Virus record (IMG/VR): IMGVR_UViG_3300008255_000257 | Location: 1 to 36,793 of that record | Source: a virus | Lineage: Duplodnaviria; Caudoviricetes | Length of the DNA: 36,793 nucleotides | Direction: 5' to 3' (one strand) | Part shown: positions 24,765 through 32,800 of the stretch, in pieces | How the letters are laid out: the number at the start of each line of letters is the position of its first letter | Position numbering within the stretch: position 1 is the first letter of the stretch | Notes under the pieces: model-generated | What the model saw: only the letters and a program-made list of their open reading frames with translations | Database searches by the model: none | What the model was told of the DNA's origin: nothing | Position numbers and translations under genes: made by a program

Positions 24765-25823
24765 TTATTCTTCTTCTTTTTCCTCACTGATCTCCACTTC
24801 TTTATTTTCTTTATTTGGAAGCATGAGGTCTTTTTTTATTAAATCAACAATTTTTTCAGCGGTTTTAGGGTTTTCTTTCAGAAATATTCTTGCTTTATCA
24901 TAGCCAACTCCTAGCCTTATTTCTACTTTATCCTCAATAAAGAGATAGGAATGGCCAGATTTGGTGATGATTTTATATTTTTCTCCAAGGGCGAGAATCT
25001 CTCCTTGCTTTGAGATACCTTCACCATACATAATATCAAATTCTGTTTGGCGGAAAGGAGGAGCAACTTTATTTTTAGTTACTTTTACCCTTGTTCTATT
25101 TCCAACAGTTTCCTCTCCCTTTTTTATTTGTGCAAGTCTGCGCATATCCAGACGAACGGAACTATAGAATTTTAAGGCCTTGCCTCCAGTTGTAAACTCT
25201 GTGGGACCATACATCTGACCAATCATTTGGCGGATTTGGTTTAAGAAAATTACTACAGTTTTTGAATTACTGATTAAAGGTATAAGCTTACGCAGGCCAT
25301 GGGACATTAGTTTTGCGTGTCGGCCGACTTGAGGATCTCCCATATCTCCTTCTATTTCTGCTTTAGGGACCAAAGAAGCTACGGAATCAATTACCACTAC
25401 CGCGAACTTTCCAGTACGCACAAAGCTCTCTACTATCTCTAAGGCCTGCTCTCCGTTCTCTGGTTGGCTGATTAAGAGGTCTTTAGTGCTTACCCCTATC
25501 TTAGAGGCATATTCGGGGTCTAACGCGTGTTCTGTGTCAATATAGGCACAAAGACCACCTGATTTTTGAGCCTCTGCTACTGTATGCAGAGCTAGGGTTG
25601 TTTTACCAGACATTTCTGGGCCATATATTTCAACTACGCGTCCACGCGGAAATCCTCCTATTCCAAGCGCCATATCTAATCCAAATGAACCGGAGGGAAT
25701 AGAATCAATATCCATCGCTGTTTGGTTTAATTTCATTACACTATCTTCTCCAAACTTCTTTTTTATTTCCTTTATTGCATCATCTACACTTGCACCTATT
25801 TCTTTTTTTGATTTTTCTTTCAT
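24765..25823 (-). CDS. recA: Recombinase RecA
   Basis: [73 protein letters not shown]. Start is 25823 or 25859. Confidence 0.97.
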   Translation of the reverse strand: MKEKSKKEIGASVDDAIKEIKKKFGEDSVMKLNQTAMDIDSIPSGSFGLDMALGIGGFPRGRVVEIYGPEMSGKTTLALHTVAEAQKSGGLCAYIDTEHALDPEYASKIGVSTKDLLISQPENGEQALEIVESFVRTGKFAVVVIDSVASLVPKAEIEGDMGDPQVGRHAKLMSHGLRKLIPLISNSKTVVIFLNQIRQMIGQMYGPTEFTTGGKALKFYSSVRLDMRRLAQIKKGEETVGNRTRVKVTKNKVAPPFRQTEFDIMYGEGISKQGEILALGEKYKIITKSGHSYLFIEDKVEIRLGVGYDKARIFLKENPKTAEKIVDLIKKDLMLPNKENKEVEISEEKEEE

Positions 25824-25842
25824 GTTCTTGCTTTTTAAATTT

Positions 25843-26298
25843 TTAATATTGAATTTCATTTTCTCTACCCTCAACTAGTTTTTTATTTAATTTCATAAAC
25901 TCAGTGATGGCATAATATGGGCTAACTTTTTCTCTTGACCTTTCTTCTAGGGCTTGGAATTCTTTTTCTCCAAGCCACATCAGCATATAGTCTTTATATA
26001 TTCCCTTTTTGTTTATTTCCCAGATTGCATGACATTCGGTACAGAGGGTTATACAGTTTTCCGGATCATATCTAGTAGCATATATTGTCCGACCAAAATA
26101 ATGAGAACAACCAAGGAATCTTGTTGAACCGCAAGCTACACATTGACTGTCCCTTTTTCTTATTTCTAAGGAAAATCTATGATCAGCTTCTTGAACCTGC
26201 CAGACATCTTTTATTTCTCCGGTAACTTCACGGAAATTTCTCATGCGTTTAAAAGCTTTTAGGGTAGAATTTTTAGTTTTAAATGGTGTTTTTTTCAT
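25843..26298 (-). CDS. NinG/Rap-like HNH recombination endonuclease
   Basis: [17 protein letters not shown]...CSHYFGR...[16 protein letters not shown]; likely start 26298. Confidence 0.8.
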   Translation of the reverse strand: MKKTPFKTKNSTLKAFKRMRNFREVTGEIKDVWQVQEADHRFSLEIRKRDSQCVACGSTRFLGCSHYFGRTIYATRYDPENCITLCTECHAIWEINKKGIYKDYMLMWLGEKEFQALEERSREKVSPYYAITEFMKLNKKLVEGRENEIQY

Positions 26299-26299
26299 T

Positions 26300-26530
26300 T
26301 TAAAATATCTTTCCTCCAAGCCAAAGAATGAAATAAATCCAACCCATAACAAGGGTATAGCCAAAAACAAATTCCACTACTGTTTCCTTGTTAATGGAAA
26401 AAAATAAAATAATAGGGATTAAAATAAGGGCAGCGAGAGGAAATAGTCCCCAGAGTATAAGTATTCCAAACACAAAGAATGCTTCTAAAAATCCCCTATT
26501 TATTTTTAATCCAGATTGTTTCATTTGCAA
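26300..26530 (-). CDS. Small multi-TM membrane protein
   Basis: Two to three hydrophobic segments. Confidence 0.55.
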   Translation of the reverse strand: MQMKQSGLKINRGFLEAFFVFGILILWGLFPLAALILIPIILFFSINKETVVEFVFGYTLVMGWIYFILWLGGKIF

Positions 26531-26703
26531 ATATATCTTGAGCTTATAATAGGTAAACCACCAACCTCATATTCACCAAAACACCATTGTATTGTCATTA
26601 TTTTCTTTTCACGCTCATTTAGAAATAAAAATGGTAATAGAATTGCAATACCTAATAAGACTAAAAACAATATATCAAGGAAAACAAAAGTTTTATTTTT
26701 CAT
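26521..26703 (-). CDS. Small membrane protein
   Basis: TM segment FVFLDILFLVLLGIAILLPFLFL; ATGA-coupled to the upstream gene. Confidence 0.55.
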   Translation of the reverse strand: MKNKTFVFLDILFLVLLGIAILLPFLFLNEREKKIMTIQWCFGEYEVGGLPIISSRYICK

Positions 26704-26855
26704 TTCTTAAACCATTGGCTTATAATATGCCGGACTAGGGCACTTTCATTTCCTCCAAAACCTTTTCTAGATTCAGATTTTATATTTTTTATGTTTTGCT
26801 TTGTAAGCCAAAATCCTTTACGAAAATATTTTAATACTTGTTTTATTTTTGCCAT
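26700..26855 (-). CDS. Ribbon-helix-helix (Arc/CopG-like) regulator, leaderless
   Basis: MAKIKQVLKYF-RKGFWL(beta)-TKQNIKNIKSESRK(helix A)-GFGG-NESALVRHIISQWF(helix B); first gene of the early operon. Confidence 0.6.
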   Translation of the reverse strand: MAKIKQVLKYFRKGFWLTKQNIKNIKSESRKGFGGNESALVRHIISQWFKK

Positions 26856-26861
26856 AGTGAT

Positions 26862-26911
26862 AGTATATAAAAAATAGCATAATGGTGTCAAGTAGTGTCA
26901 TATGTGGATAA
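26862..26911 (-). promoter_or_regulatory. Strong early promoter with direct repeats and DnaA box
   Basis: TTGACA(26891-86)-N18-TATACT(26867-62)-N6-ATG; GTGTCA repeats at 26885 and 26895; TGTGGATAA at 26903-26911. Confidence 0.7.
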
Positions 26912-26918
26912 CTTTTTT

Positions 26919-27281
26919 ATGAAAATAACAATACCAATTAAGCCCCTTTCAATCAACGATGCTCATTACGGCCGGCATGTTAAAACACGAACTTTTCGGC
27001 AATATGAAAATGATATTTTTTATTTACTTCCATATAATAGGACAGAGTTGAAGGAAGGAGAGTATTTTGTAAAGTATGTTTTTTATATTAAAAATTATAA
27101 AATATCTGATACAGGGAATTTTGAAAAGTTAATTACGGACCTTCTGGTCAAGCGCGGATATTTAAAAGACGATCGATATATTAAGGCTATGTATTTAGAA
27201 AAGGTGGCCGTCAAAGATATAGAAAATGAAAAGATTATTGCTAATATTGTCCCTTATAAAGACCGGAGAAAAATTTTATGA
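26919..27281 (+). CDS. rusA: RusA-family Holliday junction resolvase
   Basis: IPIKPLSIN, catalytic DTGNFEKLITDLL and DDRYI motifs. Confidence 0.85.
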   Translation: MKITIPIKPLSINDAHYGRHVKTRTFRQYENDIFYLLPYNRTELKEGEYFVKYVFYIKNYKISDTGNFEKLITDLLVKRGYLKDDRYIKAMYLEKVAVKDIENEKIIANIVPYKDRRKIL

Positions 27282-27421
27282 AAAAATCTAAAATAGAAAA
27301 AAGAAAAAAAGATATAGTAGATTATTGTTTTAGAATAATTCATCTTTGGCTTAAAAATCCGGAGCAGAATTTATCTTGGGTTTTGAGAAATTTAGAAGAA
27401 AGAAGCAAAAAAACACCATAA
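27278..27421 (+). CDS. Hypothetical protein (47 aa)
   Basis: ATGA overlap with the rusA stop; MKKSKIEKRKKDIVDYCFRIIHLWLKNPEQNLSWVLRNLEERSKKTP. Confidence 0.5.
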   Translation: MKKSKIEKRKKDIVDYCFRIIHLWLKNPEQNLSWVLRNLEERSKKTP

Positions 27422-27459
27422 TTAAGTGAAAGCAATCCAAGCTTTCTATGGTGTTTTTT
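27408..27459. terminator. Probable bidirectional terminator between convergent rusA and lysis operons
   Basis: AAAAAACACCATA...TATGGTGTTTTTT inverted repeat with an inner GAAAGC/GCTTTC stem. Confidence 0.65.
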
Positions 27460-27498
27460 CTACGTGCTTCCCAGAAAACCCAAGAAGTCGTATTTATA

Positions 27499-27678
27499 TT
27501 ATACTATAGGTTTTACGGTTACGTATCTTAAATAGATGTCTAAGATAGATTTTATTCCAGCGCCAATTCCGGTCAAACCTAGAGCTGGGTTTTCCGCGTA
27601 AACTACTAATAATACTCCGGCAACTCCTTGAGCTACCGCCAACCAAATTGTTCTACTGTTATACCATTTTTTTTCCAT
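27499..27678 (-). CDS. Holin-like protein (59 aa)
   Basis: Not in the ORF track. MEKKWYNSRTIWLAVAQGVAGVLLVVYAENPALGLTGIGAGIKSILDIYLRYVTVKPIV; two hydrophobic segments; end of the lysis cassette. Confidence 0.7.
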   Translation of the reverse strand: MEKKWYNSRTIWLAVAQGVAGVLLVVYAENPALGLTGIGAGIKSILDIYLRYVTVKPIV

Positions 27679-27696
27679 AAATTAAAAGATATTAAC

Positions 27697-28209
27697 CTAA
27701 TAATCTCTCGACCACTTAAATCCTCCAACAGACTTCCTTCGTCCGTGGACAACATTCAAAATAGATTGTTTACTTCTTCCGACATATCTGGCACCCTCCG
27801 CGCAAGAACTAAAGGACCGTAAGTACACTCCATCCATTGTAAACTGGTAAACAATATTTCCCAAATCCATACTTCTATGACATTTTACACATAAAGAAAC
27901 AAAATCGCTTCGTTTTCTAAAATATTTACCACTTATATTTGCCCACTCAAATCTCACCTTCTCTTCTGTTTTGCATTTTTCACAAGAAGACGCACTTCCA
28001 AATTTTTTTCTTATCCATAAATGTTTCGCAAAGTACCCAGCTTTCTCACCTAACCAATAAGGAGACTTTTTCTCTGATATTTTCTTTAAAATATCTCTCT
28101 GTGTTTTACTTTTGTTATGAAAGACAACCGCACAATTTTGTGTACAAAAAGATTTTCTACGTCTAGTTTGAATAAACTTTTTTTTACATTGTTTACATTT
28201 TTGGGTCAT
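27697..28209 (-). CDS. HNH-variant homing-endonuclease-like protein with NUMOD1-like C-terminus
   Basis: CKQC..FCTQNC; WLGEKAGYFAKHLWI...FEWAN...LCVKCHRSMD; VYQFTMDGVYLRSFSSCAEGAR...GGFKW. Confidence 0.75.
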   Translation of the reverse strand: MTQKCKQCKKKFIQTRRRKSFCTQNCAVVFHNKSKTQRDILKKISEKKSPYWLGEKAGYFAKHLWIRKKFGSASSCEKCKTEEKVRFEWANISGKYFRKRSDFVSLCVKCHRSMDLGNIVYQFTMDGVYLRSFSSCAEGARYVGRSKQSILNVVHGRRKSVGGFKWSRDY

Positions 28210-29546
28210 AGTAGTTCTTTGATCTTTATTTGGGTAGAAACACTCAGCTTATCAGCGACGAATTTTGCGTAAACCGTAGGAATGTTGTTGTCGCTAGCTG
28301 GCGCGTATTTTTGGAAGAATTGCAAGAGGGTCATGTTGGGGTTATAGACTGCGGATTTTCCTGTGCAGGCGTTCACCAGCATTTCTTTTAGTGTTTGGTA
28401 GCCGTCGTCGTAAGTGACGAAAATGCAGAAATTATCTTTGTCTTGTCCAATAGCGAGCTTTTGACCCACAAAGCGCAAATTCCCGGGATTGTTGTTACGC
28501 CAAGATCGAGAGCCTTTAAAATATCCTTCATGAGTTTTTATGGCTTCACATAATCCGTCGATACGAGATCGAGGCGCTAGTAATTCTTTTATTTTTCCCC
28601 TAGTTTGTATCCCAGCTATTCCATCTACCCCTAATCCTTGTTTAATTTGAAAGTTCCGGGTTGCTCCTTCTGTCTTTGGACCAAAGTCTGAGTCTTCTTT
28701 TAAATTAAAGCCTAATTTATTTAAATCCTTTTGAAGTTGAAGTACATTCGCTCCATACATGCCGTTTCTAAGGGTTACAGGCTTCACTGTGACGATATAT
28801 TGCATATTAATGGGGAATTCATAGTCTGAGGCTAAAATCTGCTTAAAAGGTGGATAATGGTCTAAATTAAGCCAATTATTCATAATATCAAAGCCATAAA
28901 CTAAAGTAGCGTGAGAAATACTCAACCCAGAACATTTATTTACAATTTGATCTTTATTCCAACCCGGACATACGGCCGTTGCCACTTGGATCGGGGAAAG
29001 GGGTAAAATTGACTTAAAATTGGATCTTGGTACCCATTGATATTGAATATTTAGAAACCAGAGAGCTTTTCTTGCTTTTGCAAATAAGTTTATAGGAATA
29101 TTACTATAATATTCAGTCCACCTCATATCATTTCGTACAGGCCAGTCCTTTTCCGGAAGAATTCCATCTCTTCGTAAACAATCTCCTACTACATTTTGGT
29201 AATTTCCTCTATAAGATTCAGTTCCGTTTAATTTAGCATTAAAGCGATCAGATAATTTAAAAGAACCATCTTGAATATAACCATTGTTATGAAAGAAATT
29301 TAAAGCTTCGTCCCAGAGCTGATTAGTAGCCATAAGATAATTTAGATTAGATTCTAAATTATGTAATGCAGACATTGTGGTACAGATAAGAAAATCTTCC
29401 ACGTCATTTCTTTGAGATTCTTCTTTTGGTAAATAAATTTCCCAGTTTTTTATAGCTCTAATAATTTGTAAAGGAGAAGTGGACCCGAGAATATAGTCTT
29501 GTGGTCTTGGAGGAGCTATTAAAATACCATGATTTTTAGGTTCCAT
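28206..29546 (-). CDS. Modular endolysin: papain-like cysteine peptidase + PG-binding + lysozyme-like domain
   Basis: SQ...ICTTMS / HATLVYG / LDHY catalytic-like motifs; LRNGMYGANVLQLQKDL...DFGPKT...FQ...GLGVDGIAG; HEG...RNNNPGNLR. Confidence 0.75.
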   Translation of the reverse strand: MEPKNHGILIAPPRPQDYILGSTSPLQIIRAIKNWEIYLPKEESQRNDVEDFLICTTMSALHNLESNLNYLMATNQLWDEALNFFHNNGYIQDGSFKLSDRFNAKLNGTESYRGNYQNVVGDCLRRDGILPEKDWPVRNDMRWTEYYSNIPINLFAKARKALWFLNIQYQWVPRSNFKSILPLSPIQVATAVCPGWNKDQIVNKCSGLSISHATLVYGFDIMNNWLNLDHYPPFKQILASDYEFPINMQYIVTVKPVTLRNGMYGANVLQLQKDLNKLGFNLKEDSDFGPKTEGATRNFQIKQGLGVDGIAGIQTRGKIKELLAPRSRIDGLCEAIKTHEGYFKGSRSWRNNNPGNLRFVGQKLAIGQDKDNFCIFVTYDDGYQTLKEMLVNACTGKSAVYNPNMTLLQFFQKYAPASDNNIPTVYAKFVADKLSVSTQIKIKELL

Positions 29547-29547
29547 T

Positions 29548-29799
29548 TTATAAATTTAAAGGTTCCTTAATTTTCAAAGACGCGCGAATATCATTTATAT
29601 ACCCGACACAATGGAGAAGAGATCGTATGTTACTGGCGATAGCACCCTTGGCGCCGATTATCTTTCCCATATCTTCTTTTGCGACACTGACAGAAAACAA
29701 CACACCCTGCTCATCCATACTTGCTTCAATTTCTACTTCTTCTGGTTTGGAGACTAACCCGGAGATCACATTATGTAGCCAATTTTTTACTTTGTCCAT
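29548..29799 (-). CDS. khpA: KH-domain RNA-binding protein, KhpA-like
   Basis: LVSKPEEVEI...SVAKEDMGKIIGAKGAIASNIRSLL; single KH domain with an intact GxxG loop. Confidence 0.85.
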   Translation of the reverse strand: MDKVKNWLHNVISGLVSKPEEVEIEASMDEQGVLFSVSVAKEDMGKIIGAKGAIASNIRSLLHCVGYINDIRASLKIKEPLNL

Positions 29800-29833
29800 A
29801 TTTATTAATTAATTTATAATTACTCTAATAATA

Positions 29834-32800
29834 CTAATCTACTTCATTTTGTGCAAGTTTTTTAAGTTGTTTATACACATCATCAGTAATTATTTTCTTT
29901 TTTCTGAGCTCTTTTATGTAGGCGTTTTTTTCTTCCGGTGTTTTCATATCCTTTGTTTGCTCGAAGATATATTCTGCGCGTTCACCATTTTCTACGCCCA
30001 TGTTTCTGATTTCAATATCTTCTTCGGTGATGCCAAGTTCTTCATCTTCTTTTAGTTTTTTTATTCTTCTATATAAAGGCGGATCATTTTCTTTGTATTC
30101 TTTCATTATTGCGTTGGCTTCGTCTTTTGGAAGCGCTTTCAGCCTCTCAAATTCTTTTTCAGCTTCTGATACTTCTTCTCCGATAAATTGTCTTACCACG
30201 GATGGCTTCAATGTATTTCCGAGCTTTCCTACTCCGCGAATTTTGTCGTCTTGTGTCCGGTCTCCGGTTGCTAGTGAGATTCCTATTTGCTTCAAAGCCA
30301 CGGAAATATCGCCGACAAGAGACATCAGAGGCGGTTCCGATGTGTATAGAGTAGGATCAAGCGCCCCGATGATAGAGAGCGAATCACGCGCCGCTTTCCA
30401 AGCCACTTCTTCCATGAAGTTTCTGTCCTTTCTGCGCTTTTTTCTTTCCATAAATTCGTAGGTGGCGAAAACGATGGTGGCCGTTAGTAAAACAGCTCTT
30501 AATGTCTCCCTTCCCTCCCGAGAATTAAGTGGCACTTTGCGGGTTGTTAGTTTTCCGATGTCTGAGAGTGTTGTTGAGATGATAGGCAATGCCCAGCTCT
30601 TAAACTGCGTGTATCCTTTTCCTATCGCGGTCTGGCCATAAATTGCTTTTGTCCCCATGCCACCGGTAGGCAACTGCCGCGCCATACCTTTTTTAATAAG
30701 CGCGAGCCGGTCAAGGTCTATGGCTCCCGAGGTCCATTCTGCCTTACTCATTGAGCCAAGGAGAAAAATAGAGTTAGCGTTGCGCGAGGCGTTTGAGAAA
30801 AGTCCGTATAATCCGACTTCCACTTTATCCCCAAAGCGCGCGGCCGCATCAAGGAAGGGCTGTCTAGCCAGTTCTCCCACCAGCGCTTCGTATTTCTTCG
30901 CCACGGCGCGTCCTTTGGGAGTCGCAAAGCGTTTTACTCCCAGCGCATACATTTTCTCTCCCAACCCCTTATAAACAAGCACTTGCGCGCCGGCTTGCGA
31001 GGTAAGTCCGACAGGGATATTAAATCCGAGAAAGAGTAATCGGGTAAAAGCTGTGCCGGTTCTCACCACCCAATCTAATTTACCTCCGGGCTTCAAGAAA
31101 GCGCGATCGGTTACACGTCCTTTTTGCGTGTTCATAAATTCCTTATAGAAACTCTTTAGTTGAGCGTCAAATTCCAGTCCTCGCGCGGTTGTCGCTAGAG
31201 AGTTTACAGAGTCAATGATTGCTTGATATTTTGGAAAGATAACATCCATGGCGCGCTTGCGGTTGAGCACCTCTTTATAAATCATATATGCCCTTGCGAC
31301 ATTTTTTGAAGGCACGAGCTGTCCTGTGCGCTTCATAGAAAATTGAAACCATTTTTCAAGAGGCAAGACTTCGCCTGTGCGCTGGTTCAAGATACCCGCT
31401 ACCGCTTCATCTTGCTTATACCTATCGAGAAATTCCCTGAAAGCCGCGCGCGCGCCTCTACCTGATCTTCTCCAGAATCCCGGCTTCTCTCCGGAAACCA
31501 CCCCGGCGACATAAGTCCCTTCCTCTTTCCATGCTTCTAAGAATGAGCGACGAATATGTGTGATATAATTTTTTACATATCGTGTCAAGGTGCCCTTTCG
31601 CAGGAGGTCGTCTCGCTCCTTTGCTAAGTCTTTCCAAATCCATTGCGCCGCCTTCAACTCAGCTGGGGTCATATCCTTTGCATATAATAGCTTGTCTTCC
31701 GGTCCAGCGGATAGCCAACGATAAGCAAGATCGTCTGTCGGAACGAGCCGTTCTACAAGCCCTCGTTTGCGAGATTTTCGTGCCGCCTTAAAGAGTTCAT
31801 TGACCGTCTCCCGCGCTTCAAGCGTTGCCATACTGGACGCTAAATCCGCTTTGTATATGTCGTGGATCATTACTTCAAAGAGCGGATTTTGACGTACAAG
31901 AGCGTTGCCCCCCATGTAGTTCCACTTTTCGTCGTGTTGGATGCTTGTCAATTCAGAAAGTTTAACCGGTGGTTTTCCTTCCAAGGCCCGCAATTTATTA
32001 ATGTCTTCAAGCGAGCGAGCAACTGCTTCTCTTCGTGTAAAGATACCGGCGAGGCTAGTGTTTTTGAGAGTCTGGAGCGTTCTCGGACCAAGAAAGACGT
32101 CTCCCTTTTCAAATTGTCGCAGGAATTCATCAAACTCTCTCATCTGATCAATAGTCATTTTTTCAAAGGAGTTCGGCATTTTGAGGAGTTTGCGGGCGTT
32201 TTCCCACTTTTTTAATTCCAAGTCGTTGATAGTGGCTTGCAGGGCAATACGCGCTTGGCGGTGGAGTTCCCTTTTTTCCAGGTAACCAGCCATGTATCCC
32301 TTAAAGGTTTCAGTGTTGAGAGCGTAGATTTCATCGTCTGTTAATTCTTCCAGCGCTTTTCGGGCGTTGGTTCTTTGTTCAAGAGCAAGCGTTTCCAAGA
32401 GTTCGGCTTTTTTCATCAGGGCGAGTTCTGCGCGCTTGGCAGTTGCCATTTTTTCCAACGCCTTCCTTTCTCTGGCTGTAGTGAGATATTTTTCTATTTC
32501 TTCTCTTATGACATCCGGGTCGTCAAACTTCCCAGACAATTCTGGTCTGTCTTCAAAGGCGCTTTCAACCGCTCTGGTTACTTTTAAATTTCTTGCTTTT
32601 ATTGCTTCTCTTTGGCGTTCAGTGTATTTAAATTTACCCATACTATCCACAGCGTCAGGGTTCTTTAATTCTTCAAATTGCCCTTCTTTTTTAGATTGAA
32701 ATTTGATTAGTTTCTTACCGGGCATAGTGTCCTCTACTTCTCTGATAATTTCCAGTTGGACCTTGATGTCATCCAACTCTTTAGAAGCTTTTCCAATATC

